The position numbers and the translations under genes are program-made. A stretch of DNA of 64,000 nt from an uncultured bacterium (lineage in GTDB: Bacteria; Patescibacteriota; CPR2; UBA1875; CAIMLA01), in the NCBI GenBank assembly GCA_903842085.1, contig CAIMLA010000043.1:1563-65562 (forward strand), written 5' to 3'. Position 1 is the stretch's first letter; each line of letters starts with the position of its first letter. Of this stretch, positions 31,283 to 40,173 are shown piece after piece. Below the pieces are notes generated by a model. It ran no database searches. It was not told where the DNA came from and worked only from the letters and a program-made list of their open reading frames with translations.

Positions 31283-31942
31283 ATGAAAGGCGATGAGATG
31301 ATCGGTAAAATAAATGATAAACAACTAAAAAACGTTCCACAACTAGCCCCCGGTGACACTGTTCGTGTTCACGCGAAAATTATTGAAGGCAGCAAAGAGC
31401 GTATCCAGATATTTGAAGGAGTCGTCTTAAGAGTCAAAGGGGATGGCATCAATACCTCATTTACGGTTAGAAAAATATCTTATGGTGTTGGGGTAGAGAG
31501 ACTATTTTTATTGCACTCTCCGAAACTAGCTAAAGTTCAGGTTGTCAAAAGAGCTAAAGTCCGCCGAGCCTATTTGACCTATCTAAGAGAATTGAGAGGC
31601 AAGAGTGCTAAACTTCGGGATAAACAATTTGATGCTTTAGCGGTAAACATTAAAGAAGAAGAGCTAAAACCAGAGGACTTGGCACCACCAAAGATTGAGG
31701 AAGCAGAAGAAACTCAGAGCCAACCCAGTGAATCAATCAACATCTCGTTAGCGGAGAGTACTGAAGAAATCGCTGAGGAAGAGACAAGATTAGACGAAAC
31801 CGCTGAACTGGCAGATATGGATGAGTCAGAAGCCCCTGAAGTGGAAGTCACTGAAGGCTTAGCCGAAGCACAGAAAGATATTGAAAATGCAGAAGCACTT
31901 GAGGGCAAACAAGCCGAAAAAAAAGTTGAAGAACTTACATAA
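31283..31942 (+). CDS. rplS: 50S ribosomal protein L19 with about 100-aa acidic C-terminal extension
   Basis: [59 protein letters not shown] matches the L19 core. The C-terminal half is E/A/T-rich low complexity. Start may be ATG 31283 or ATG 31298. Confidence 0.88.
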   Translation: MKGDEMIGKINDKQLKNVPQLAPGDTVRVHAKIIEGSKERIQIFEGVVLRVKGDGINTSFTVRKISYGVGVERLFLLHSPKLAKVQVVKRAKVRRAYLTYLRELRGKSAKLRDKQFDALAVNIKEEELKPEDLAPPKIEEAEETQSQPSESINISLAESTEEIAEEETRLDETAELADMDESEAPEVEVTEGLAEAQKDIENAEALEGKQAEKKVEELT

Positions 31943-31946
31943 ACAA

Positions 31947-31972
31947 TAAAAAGAACCGAAAGGTTCTTTTTT
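31947..31972. terminator. Bidirectional intrinsic terminator (A5-GAACC-GAAA-GGTTC-T6)
   Basis: Perfect 5-bp GC-containing stem with a GAAA tetraloop, flanked by an A-run and a T-run after the rplS stop. Confidence 0.6.
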
Positions 31973-32013
31973 CTTATTCGGTCGATATCGACAGATAGTA
32001 GTATAATTTCAAT

Positions 32014-32634
32014 ATGAAGAAAATTATTCCTAGTTTGGACTATGAAAGTGAACTTTGGCAAAACGGAGAGAAGATTGTGGCCGGCATCGATGAAGTTGGA
32101 CGTGGAGCTTGGGCAGGTCCAGTTGTTGCTGCGGCCGTTGTTTTTAAACCAGATCACAAACAAATAGATTTAGTCAAAGATTCGAAGATGCTGACACCCA
32201 GTCAAAGAGCCCGGCTAAATGAACAAATTCAAAGTTCATGTAAAAGTTACGGGATCGGCGTCGTTGATAATGTCATGATCGATCAGGTTAATATTGGAAC
32301 CGCCACTAAGCTAGCGATGCAGAAAGCCATCGAAAGTTTAGAAAACTACCCTGATTATATTTTAGTTGATGCGATGGAGTTAGATGGCTACTGCAACTGT
32401 CGATATCAGGCGGTTATCAAAGGTGATCAAATAATTTATTCAATATCATGTGCATCGATTGTGGCAAAAGTGGCTCGAGATAACATGATGTCAAAATTGG
32501 ACAAGAAATATGAACAGTATTTTTTTGACGTTCACAAAGGCTATGGTACCCAGAAACATCAGCAAGCCCTTCAAGAGCATGGCCCTTGCGACTTGCACAG
32601 ATATTCTTATAAGCCAGTCGGTAGAATGATCTAA
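32014..32634 (+). CDS. rnhB: Ribonuclease HII
   Basis: DEVGRGAWAGPVVAAAVV catalytic motif. 206 aa. TATAAT sits 6 nt upstream of the ATG. Confidence 0.9.
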   Translation: MKKIIPSLDYESELWQNGEKIVAGIDEVGRGAWAGPVVAAAVVFKPDHKQIDLVKDSKMLTPSQRARLNEQIQSSCKSYGIGVVDNVMIDQVNIGTATKLAMQKAIESLENYPDYILVDAMELDGYCNCRYQAVIKGDQIIYSISCASIVAKVARDNMMSKLDKKYEQYFFDVHKGYGTQKHQQALQEHGPCDLHRYSYKPVGRMI

Positions 32635-32730
32635 GGAAAACGATTGGAGGTAAAGGTGAAAGTTCCTAGCCAACGCTTTTAGATTGATAAGGGCCGGAAA
32701 AGACCACGAAGAGCTGGTGCCAACAAAGGC

Positions 32731-32759
32731 TTGACACAAATGATGCGAATGGCTATAAT
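32731..32759 (+). promoter_or_regulatory. Consensus sigma-70 promoter for nusA (TTGACA, 17-nt spacer, TATAAT)
   Basis: TTGACA at 32731-32736, 17-nt spacer, TATAAT at 32754-32759. Followed by a hairpin plus T6 tract in the leader. Confidence 0.65.
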
Positions 32760-32817
32760 TAAATAGCAGTCGGATTTCGTGTCAGAAATACGACTTTTTT
32801 GTTAAAAAGGAGTGAAA

Positions 32818-34530
32818 ATGGATAAACAATTTACGTCAGCAATTGAGCAGATTTGTTCAGAAAAAAACCTATCTAAGGAAACGGTCTTATTAACCATACA
32901 GGACGCTTTAGCCGCTGCTTATAAAAAAGATTATGGGAATAAAAAACAAGAGGTCAGAGTAGAAATTACCGAAGACGGGGCCATTGTGGCGTTTATTAGC
33001 AAAGAGATAGTAGAGGACGTTGAGGACGAGACAATCCAAATTAGCCTTACTGACGCTTATAAATTTAAAAAAGATGCCAAGGCTGGAGACTTTATCGAAA
33101 TCAAAGATATTCCAAACGATTTTGGAAGAATCGCCGCCCAAACCGCAAAACAGGTTATTATTCAGAGAATTCGAGAAGCTGAAAGAGACATGGTTTTTGG
33201 TGAATACAAAGACAAAGAAGGAGAAGTCGTTAATGGCATAGTTCAAAGGATAGAAGGGAGCAATGTCATCATTGATCTAGGCAAGGCGACAGGCATTTTG
33301 TTTCCAAACGAACAAATCAGGGATGAACGCTATTATGTCGGTCAGAGATTAAAATTTTTTATAGTCAGGGTTGAACAAAGTGCCCGAGGCCCACAAATTG
33401 TTATTTCAAGGTCACATCCAGGGTTGGTAAAAAGATTATTTGAGCTTGAAGTCCCAGAGATTCTCTCTGGTGTGGTCGAGCTTAAATCAATTGCTCGCGA
33501 AGCAGGCGAGAGGACCAAGATTGCAGTTACCAGTAACCAAGACGGAGTCGATCCTGTTGGTTCTTGTGTTGGGCAAAGAGGGGTCCGGGTCCAGGCTGTC
33601 ATGTCAGAGATAGGGGAAGAAAAAATTGATATTATTTTGTGGAACGAAGATCCACGAGTTTATATAGCGAATGCTTTATCTCCTGCAAAGGTGAGTGAAA
33701 TAAAAATCGATGAAGTCGAGAAAAAGGCTGAGGTGATGGTCGCCGAAGATCAATTATCGTTAGCGATCGGTCGCAAAGGCCAGAATGTTAGATTGGCCGC
33801 GAAATTAGTTGGCTGGAATGTCGATATCCAAGGCGGAGACGAAGCTGGTGTGGAGGCAACTGCAAAAATGATGCATCCTGTCGAGGACAAAAGAGATCTT
33901 GAAGATGAAATCTTAAAAGCGGTGGAATCGTCAGACGGCTCAAACAGTCCCGCTGGGGCTAAAAAGGGTGCTCTGAAATCTAATCAAAAAGAAATAGTTG
34001 ATACACCAAAGGCCCCCGAGAAAGGGATAACTCTGGACATTCAGTCAGAAACTGAAGTCAAAACCGAGGACAAAACCTTAAAAATGGGGGAATCGTTAGA
34101 AGATACAAACAGTCCAACTGAGGTTGAGGAGACGGCCGCAGCATCTAATCAAAAAGAAACAAGCGTTAAATCAAGGACACCCGAGAAAGAGATGACGCCA
34201 GAGATTCAGCCAGAAGCTGAAACTAAAACCGAGAATAATAACAACATAGACGAAATTGCAGAAATTATTGAAGAAGAAAGCTCTTCAAAAAAACAAGACG
34301 AGGGAGCCAGCTCAGAAAAAAAGGAATTAACTCCAGACGTGATACAGCAAGAGACAGCGGCAGTTATTACCGAGAACGACCCTCAGTCTACCACTAATAA
34401 AATTCATGACTTTCACTCTAGTATCGACGAAGGAACTCCCGCACCAGTTGTAACAGAAAGCATTGCCACTGAGGACAGTGATGACATTGCTGCTATTTTA
34501 GACAAAGAAAAGGGCCAGAAACCCTCCTAA
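32818..34530 (+). CDS. nusA: Transcription termination/antitermination factor NusA with about 200-aa acidic C-terminal extension
   Basis: NusA N-terminal domain, S1 and two KH domains (GRKGQNVRLAAKLVGW). C-terminal third is E/T/S-rich low complexity. ATG 32818 follows an AAGGAG RBS. Confidence 0.9.
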   Translation: MDKQFTSAIEQICSEKNLSKETVLLTIQDALAAAYKKDYGNKKQEVRVEITEDGAIVAFISKEIVEDVEDETIQISLTDAYKFKKDAKAGDFIEIKDIPNDFGRIAAQTAKQVIIQRIREAERDMVFGEYKDKEGEVVNGIVQRIEGSNVIIDLGKATGILFPNEQIRDERYYVGQRLKFFIVRVEQSARGPQIVISRSHPGLVKRLFELEVPEILSGVVELKSIAREAGERTKIAVTSNQDGVDPVGSCVGQRGVRVQAVMSEIGEEKIDIILWNEDPRVYIANALSPAKVSEIKIDEVEKKAEVMVAEDQLSLAIGRKGQNVRLAAKLVGWNVDIQGGDEAGVEATAKMMHPVEDKRDLEDEILKAVESSDGSNSPAGAKKGALKSNQKEIVDTPKAPEKGITLDIQSETEVKTEDKTLKMGESLEDTNSPTEVEETAAASNQKETSVKSRTPEKEMTPEIQPEAETKTENNNNIDEIAEIIEEESSSKKQDEGASSEKKELTPDVIQQETAAVITENDPQSTTNKIHDFHSSIDEGTPAPVVTESIATEDSDDIAAILDKEKGQKPS

Positions 34531-34549
34531 AAAAATAGAGGTGAGCAAT

Positions 34550-37042
34550 ATGAATAATCAATTTGATCGTTTTAGCGAAAACGCTAAAAAAAGCTTAATC
34601 TATGCACAAGAAATAGCAAGCCAAGGTAGTACTAATATTGATACCGCGATGATACTATTTGGTTTTTTGAGTAATCCAAATAGTACAGCCTGTGAAATTC
34701 TGGTTCACGCTGGTGTTAAAAAAGATAAAGTATTAGAAAATATTGTTCCTGGACAAACCGTCAAAACTACATCAGAACCAAAAAACGGCTTGAGCTATCA
34801 AGCCCAGAAGACTTTGGAGAGTGCTCTTGCCTTCGCTCATCGAAATGGTGATAGCGTCGTTGGCACTGAGCATATTTTATATTCGATCATGAATCAAAAA
34901 AAATCAGAAGGCTTGCAGCTTCTGGAAAAATTAAACGTTCCAATTGAAAAGATAAACCTTCAACTTGATGATTTATTCCAAGAGGTTGATGCCGAGGGAA
35001 CCTTTCCAGGGCTTGACTTAGATGAGATCGGAATGCAGCCAAGGAAAAAAAATAAACAAGAATCAAGCCTCGAGAAGTTTAGCACTAATATAACGAAGCA
35101 AGCTCAAGAAGGGAAACTGGATCCGGTTATCGGTCGAGAAAAAGAAGAGTCACGAATAATCTCAATCTTAAACAGAAGGACCAAGAATAACCCAGTCCTA
35201 ATAGGTGAGCCAGGGGTTGGCAAAACTGCGATTATTGAGGGCTTGGCACAGCGAATTGTGGCCGAACACGTCCCAGAGATGCTTTTGAATAAAAAAGTTC
35301 TAATCTTGGATTTGGCTGGAGTTGTCGCCGGAACAAAATACCGAGGCGAATTTGAAGAACGACTGATGAATATTATTCGCGAAGCCAAGGCCGACAAAAA
35401 TGCGATCCTTTTTATTGACGAATTGCATAATTTAGTCGGTACTGGAGCGGCCGAAGGAGCCATCGACGCGGCAAATATCTTAAAACCCGCTTTATCCAGA
35501 GGGGAAATTCAGGTTATTGGAGCAACGACCTTGGATGAATACCGAAAGTATATAGAAAAAGATGCAGCCCTAGAAAGGCGTTTTCAGCCGATCCTTGTAG
35601 CCGAACCGACGGTTGAAGAGACATTAAAGATATTACAAGGGGTAAGATCAAAATTTGAGGAATATCACAAAGTAAAGATAACTGATGATGCTCTTGAGGA
35701 GGCGGCTCGTTCGTCCAGTCGCTACATCTCTGATCGGTTCTTGCCAGATAAGGCAATTGATTTAATCGACGAGGCAGCGAGCTTGCAGCGAATAAAAAAG
35801 GGGAATCTTTCAAAAAATATTCTCAGAGCTCAAAAGGAAATTAAAACTGTCATTGGCAAAAAGGAAGAAGCGGTAATCAATGAAAACTTTGAATATGCGG
35901 CTGAGTTAAAACAGAAAGAAAGCATTCTAAATACCAAATTAAATAACCTAAGGAAAAGGGAAGGGCTAAATGAAAGTTCCTTACCTGTCATTGATCGTGA
36001 AAACATCGCGGAAGTGATATCTATTTCAACTGGGATACCTGTCACAAGGTTAATTCAGAAAGAGTCAGAAAGCTTATTGAACCTAGAAGCATCTCTTAGG
36101 AAAAATATTATTGGCCAAGACGAAGCCACCCAAGTTGTCGCTAGTGCAATAAGACGATCTCGAACCGGTGTTTCTGACACCAAAAGACCGATCGGATCTT
36201 TTATGTTTTTGGGACCGACTGGAGTTGGTAAAACAGAGCTTGCTAAAGTTCTAGCACGAGAAGTTTTTGGGAATGAAGAGGCTTTGGTCAAAGTTGATAT
36301 GTCCGAATTTATGGAAAAACATAATGTTTCCAGGTTGGTTGGCGCTCCTGCCGGTTATGTCGGCTATGAAGAAAGCGGACAGTTAACAGAAACTATCAGA
36401 CGGAAGCCGTACTGTGTTGTCTTGATGGATGAAATAGAAAAAGCTCATCCTGATGTTTTTAACCTTTTATTACAAATATTAGAAGACGGATACCTCACTG
36501 ATGCTAAAGGTTTGAAAGTTGATTTTCGGAATACGATTATTATTATGACCTCAAATGTAGGCGCTTCGCGGCTAAACAAAGAAGTCAAATTAGGTTTTTC
36601 GGCCAGTGCCAAAAACTTTGAGCATGAACTTGAGGAAGAGCACCAAAAAAACACAGAATTTATTATGGAAGATCTTAAAAAACAATTCAAGCCGGAGTTT
36701 ATTAATCGTCTTGATAAGATCGTTGTTTTTCGGGCCTTGACTCATCTAAATATGAAAAAGATAGTGAATCTGCAGCTGATGGATTTAGCAAAAAGGCTTG
36801 AGAACAAAAAGATATATCTAAAAGTTGCTGAATCGGCTAAGGCACTTTTAGTTATCCGTGGGTATGATCAAGAAAATGGGGCACGACCCTTACGACGAGT
36901 TATTCAGAATTTAATTGAGGATCCATTAGCAAATGGGATCCTTTCAAAGGAATTTGTAAATGGGGATACGATCTCGGTTTTAAAAGAAAAGGATGATCTC
37001 CGTCTATTTGTCCAAGAGACCGCGACAAAACAAAAAAATTAA
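34550..37042 (+). CDS. clpC: ATP-dependent Clp protease ATP-binding subunit ClpC (class I Clp/Hsp100)
   Basis: Two Clp_N repeats, two AAA+ modules (GEPGVGKTA and GPTGVGKTE Walker A), short middle domain, and ClpP-interaction-loop region. 830 aa. Confidence 0.9.
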   Translation: MNNQFDRFSENAKKSLIYAQEIASQGSTNIDTAMILFGFLSNPNSTACEILVHAGVKKDKVLENIVPGQTVKTTSEPKNGLSYQAQKTLESALAFAHRNGDSVVGTEHILYSIMNQKKSEGLQLLEKLNVPIEKINLQLDDLFQEVDAEGTFPGLDLDEIGMQPRKKNKQESSLEKFSTNITKQAQEGKLDPVIGREKEESRIISILNRRTKNNPVLIGEPGVGKTAIIEGLAQRIVAEHVPEMLLNKKVLILDLAGVVAGTKYRGEFEERLMNIIREAKADKNAILFIDELHNLVGTGAAEGAIDAANILKPALSRGEIQVIGATTLDEYRKYIEKDAALERRFQPILVAEPTVEETLKILQGVRSKFEEYHKVKITDDALEEAARSSSRYISDRFLPDKAIDLIDEAASLQRIKKGNLSKNILRAQKEIKTVIGKKEEAVINENFEYAAELKQKESILNTKLNNLRKREGLNESSLPVIDRENIAEVISISTGIPVTRLIQKESESLLNLEASLRKNIIGQDEATQVVASAIRRSRTGVSDTKRPIGSFMFLGPTGVGKTELAKVLAREVFGNEEALVKVDMSEFMEKHNVSRLVGAPAGYVGYEESGQLTETIRRKPYCVVLMDEIEKAHPDVFNLLLQILEDGYLTDAKGLKVDFRNTIIIMTSNVGASRLNKEVKLGFSASAKNFEHELEEEHQKNTEFIMEDLKKQFKPEFINRLDKIVVFRALTHLNMKKIVNLQLMDLAKRLENKKIYLKVAESAKALLVIRGYDQENGARPLRRVIQNLIEDPLANGILSKEFVNGDTISVLKEKDDLRLFVQETATKQKN

Positions 37043-37087
37043 TCGTAAATGATTAATATGGTATAATAAAATTGTCCGTGGAGGACA

Positions 37088-38023
37088 ATGAATACTTTGT
37101 TTGTCTTTATCGCGATAACTCTCGTAGTTATGGCCATTATCTTTGAACTTATTGAGCGGGTAGCTAAGCTTTCTATGCGCAGTTTTTTTATTGTATTATC
37201 AGCGGCGTTTGTTGGGCTTGTGATGGGAGCCTTATTGACCCTTCCTCTTAGCAAAACACCTGGCTATTTAGGTGAATGGTTACCTCTCGTTTTTACAGTC
37301 TTATTAGTTTTTGGTTTTGTCACTTTTTTTTGGCGGCAGAAGGAGGCAGTCAACAAATGGTTTGATGCCATCAATAAATCTCTGTCAGTCCTAAAAAACG
37401 TTGGCGCTCAAACACACCCGCAAAACAGTGTGGCGGTTGTTGATACTTCAGTTTTAATTGATGGTCGCATCTCTGACATCATTCGGACTGGGTTTTGGTT
37501 CTACAAAATAATAATACCTAGATTTATTTTGGCAGAGTTACAAACAATTGCTGATTCAACTGATTCAGATCGAAGAGCTAAAGGTCGAAGAGGGCTTGAT
37601 ATTATTGGGACCTTACGCAAAAGCAAGGAAGTAAAAGTAGAAATTAGCAATCTCGATTTTCCAGAAATTGGCGAGGTTGATGCAAAACTAGTGGCGATAG
37701 CAAAAAAACAGAATTTATTATTGTTAACGACTGATTTTAACCTAAATAAAGTTGCCAAGGCCGAGGGACTGAAGGTTTTAAATATTAATGAGCTTGCTCA
37801 AGGATTACGGCCAGTAATCTTGCCGGGCGAAGAATTAGAATTAAAGCTCGTTCATTTGGGTAAAGAAAAAAGCCAAGGAGTCGGGTACCTTCCTGACGGC
37901 ACTATGATTGTTGTTGAAAGGGGAGGAAGTCTCATTGATAAAACAGTTAAGGTTAAAATTACCAGAACTCTCCAAACGGCAGCTGGTAAAATGTTTTTTT
38001 CAAAGATAGTCGATGCTAAATAA
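37088..38023 (+). CDS. PIN/TRAM domain-containing membrane protein (YacL-like)
   Basis: N-terminal TM helices, PIN domain (VVDTSVLIDGRISDI...), C-terminal TRAM-like beta domain (GTMIVVERGGSLIDKTVKVKITR). Confidence 0.7.
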   Translation: MNTLFVFIAITLVVMAIIFELIERVAKLSMRSFFIVLSAAFVGLVMGALLTLPLSKTPGYLGEWLPLVFTVLLVFGFVTFFWRQKEAVNKWFDAINKSLSVLKNVGAQTHPQNSVAVVDTSVLIDGRISDIIRTGFWFYKIIIPRFILAELQTIADSTDSDRRAKGRRGLDIIGTLRKSKEVKVEISNLDFPEIGEVDAKLVAIAKKQNLLLLTTDFNLNKVAKAEGLKVLNINELAQGLRPVILPGEELELKLVHLGKEKSQGVGYLPDGTMIVVERGGSLIDKTVKVKITRTLQTAAGKMFFSKIVDAK

Positions 38024-38912
38024 TTTACAAAAAAGCGTAACTCTCGCACCCTATACGACTTATAGAATTGGAGGTAACGCTGATTATTTTTTTGTCGCAA
38101 AAACAAAAGAAGCCTTAATCGAGGCTTTGGCGTGGGCGAGCAAGGAGGGGATAGCTTATGTCATAATCGGCGGGGGAAGCAATCTTTTAATCTCAGACGC
38201 AGGTTTCCGTGGCTTAGTTATATTAAATCGATCAAATAAATACTCAATATCTGATGGTCTGGTGATATCAGAGAGTGGGATGATTTTATCAACCCTGGCT
38301 CGAAAAACAGTTGATTTAAGTTTAAGTAATTTGGATTTTGCGATGAATATTCCGGGTACCGTTGGCGGAGCGGTTGTTGGTAATGCGGGAGCTTACGGTA
38401 AAGAAATCTCTAATTCCTTAGATTCAGCCCTGGTTTGGTCTGCCAAAGAAGGACTAAAAAAACATCTGAAGGAGGATTTAGGGTTTGCTTATCGATCGTC
38501 GACCTTAAAAAACAACCATGAATCGGTTTTAATCGAAGCCGAATTTCAAATGCAAAAAGAAGATAAGGAGCTGATGCTTGAAAAAGCTAAAAGCGATTTA
38601 GAAAAAAGAAAACATGACTATCAAGGTTTATCCTGTGGTAGCTATTTCAAAAACCCAATCAATAAAAAAATAAATTTAAACAAAGAAACGATTGATAACC
38701 CCTCAGCTGGATTATTAATTGATAGTTTAGGCTTAAAAGGGCTCTCTGTTGGTGGAGCGAGTGTTAGTAAATATCATGCTAATGTTATCGTCAATAAAAA
38801 CAAAGCAACTGCAAAAGATATTATAAATCTTGAGAAATTAATTATTAAAAAAGTGAAAGAGAGATATGATATCGAGCTACAATCAGAGGTGACAAAAATA
38901 GGTATAGTTTAG
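38013..38912 (+). CDS. murB: UDP-N-acetylenolpyruvoylglucosamine reductase
   Basis: FAD-binding N-terminus ITLAPYTTYRIGGNADYFF, GGGSNLL, and a C-terminal MurB domain. 299 aa. Confidence 0.88.
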   Translation: MLNNLQKSVTLAPYTTYRIGGNADYFFVAKTKEALIEALAWASKEGIAYVIIGGGSNLLISDAGFRGLVILNRSNKYSISDGLVISESGMILSTLARKTVDLSLSNLDFAMNIPGTVGGAVVGNAGAYGKEISNSLDSALVWSAKEGLKKHLKEDLGFAYRSSTLKNNHESVLIEAEFQMQKEDKELMLEKAKSDLEKRKHDYQGLSCGSYFKNPINKKINLNKETIDNPSAGLLIDSLGLKGLSVGGASVSKYHANVIVNKNKATAKDIINLEKLIIKKVKERYDIELQSEVTKIGIV

Positions 38913-38930
38913 TAATTTTATTTATCTTGG

Positions 38931-38966
38931 AAACAAAAAGGGTGCCGATTGGCACTCTCTATTTAT
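38931..38966 (+). terminator. Intrinsic terminator-like hairpin after murB (GTGCC-GATT-GGCAC followed by a T-rich tract)
   Basis: 5-bp GC stem followed by TCTCTATTTATTGTT. Confidence 0.45.
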
Positions 38967-38994
38967 TGTTACTAAATATTTTTCATTAGAGTTA

Positions 38995-39009
38995 TGACAA
39001 AGCAAGGTT
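38995..39009. repeat. Left copy of perfect 15-bp inverted repeat TGACAAAGCAAGGTT bounding the GC-rich island
   Basis: Its exact reverse complement occurs at 39718-39732. Confidence 0.8.
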
Positions 39010-39078
39010 GGTAAAGTATGTTGGGAGGGCGGAGCGCACAGAATGTGTGCACTCCGCCCAATGTGCGCGTTTTAAAGG

Positions 39079-39624
39079 CTAGGCCTTGGCGCGAGCCCGC
39101 TTCTTGGCGTTTTTGGTTTTGCCCCCGGCGGGGGCCGGCTTGGCCCCGCTGGACCCCTTCTCAGGGCCGGCCGTCGATGTGGCGAGCTTCCTCGCCCTCT
39201 GGGCGGCTTTTCGAGCCTCCAGAGTTTGGGGGTCGGCTTTGGCCCGCTGTGGCCGATTCAGGTTCCGGAGAACCCGAACGGCTTCAGCAAGAAAGAGGGG
39301 ATTGAGGTACCTCTCGGCACTCTCGACCCCGTGTTCCCGACAGAGGTAAAATGCTACCTCTGCGAGGAACCGTCTTGTCTGATTGAATTCTCCGTCCAAA
39401 ATCGCGGTTTTCACCGCGGAAAAATGGACGTGGTAAGCTTTCAAAGCCATGACTCGTCTCGACACCGAGTCGATCTTGACTCGGCCCTGGTTGGATATGA
39501 AGACCAACCAGCTTTCGAGGCAGCCCATCAGGGCCTCCTCAGAGTCGATGTTGAGTGCCGTTTCGAACTCCTGGTAACGCTGGGCATTCGGCCCAACGGT
39601 TATGGTGATGACGACGTCCGACAT
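39079..39624 (-). CDS. Hypothetical protein with basic Lys/Ala/Arg-rich (histone-H1-like) C-terminal tail, encoded in the GC-rich island; likely horizontally acquired
   Basis: 181-aa ORF with an AAAGGAG RBS 5 nt upstream of the ATG. Codons are GC3-rich, unlike the rest of the window. C-terminal AKKRARAKA / KPAPAGGKTKNAKK tail. A GC-rich hairpin (39024-39058) follows the stop. Confidence 0.6.
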   Translation of the reverse strand: MSDVVITITVGPNAQRYQEFETALNIDSEEALMGCLESWLVFISNQGRVKIDSVSRRVMALKAYHVHFSAVKTAILDGEFNQTRRFLAEVAFYLCREHGVESAERYLNPLFLAEAVRVLRNLNRPQRAKADPQTLEARKAAQRARKLATSTAGPEKGSSGAKPAPAGGKTKNAKKRARAKA

Positions 39625-39717
39625 CTCGACTCCTTTTGCGTGGTTTTAAGAACAAAAATATACTTTAAGGCTTTTAGAACACTACTATTTTGCAATAGAG
39701 TGACTTTAGCCTAGGAT

Positions 39718-39732
39718 AACCTTGCTTTGTCA
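39718..39732. repeat. Right copy (reverse complement) of 15-bp inverted repeat AACCTTGCTTTGTCA
   Basis: Perfect reverse complement of 38995-39009. Confidence 0.8.
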
Positions 39733-40173
39733 ATGAGCTTTGGTACTTCGAAAAAGTTTAACTCTCTCGAACAGCGAATATAATAGCATAAACAGAGCTA
39801 ATAGTCAAGTGTTTTGTGGAGACTAATTGAGAAGATATATTGCAGATAAAACAAGAAGCCGCTCGATTGACATATTCGCGAAAACACATCTCACTTGCGG
39901 CTCCAACTATAGTTTAACAACACGCCTAATTTTAGGCAGCTTGTTGTATTCAGCTATAGTCCCTCCTTTGCTAAGCCTTCAAAATACAGACTGAGTCCGT
40001 AGCTCTATTAACGCACTAGATAGCTTCTTTTATTCACTATCTAATTTGTCATAGTCGAGCGCGTAGCTCAAGCCTTGGCATCTGTATCTCTCCAGTTTAA
40101 CCGGGAGGGAGAAAAAATCGTCTTTGTGATTATTTCTCTCTCACGATTAAAGGTAAAATCATTATAACATCTT

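Noticed and set aside
31981-31992. 12-bp perfect palindromes GTCGATATCGAC (31981-31992) and TCTATCGATAGA (63150-63161)
   Set aside because: Isolated and short, centred on restriction-site-like cores; most likely incidental or minor terminator or operator elements. No repeated family detected in the window.
39018-39714. Three overlapping plus-strand ORFs (39018-39305, 39086-39349, 39226-39714) inside the GC-rich island
   Set aside because: High G+C keeps all frames open. These translations are rich in W, C, H and R runs and lack an RBS. The minus-strand 181-aa ORF has a proper RBS and protein-like composition, so the plus-strand frames are treated as artefacts.
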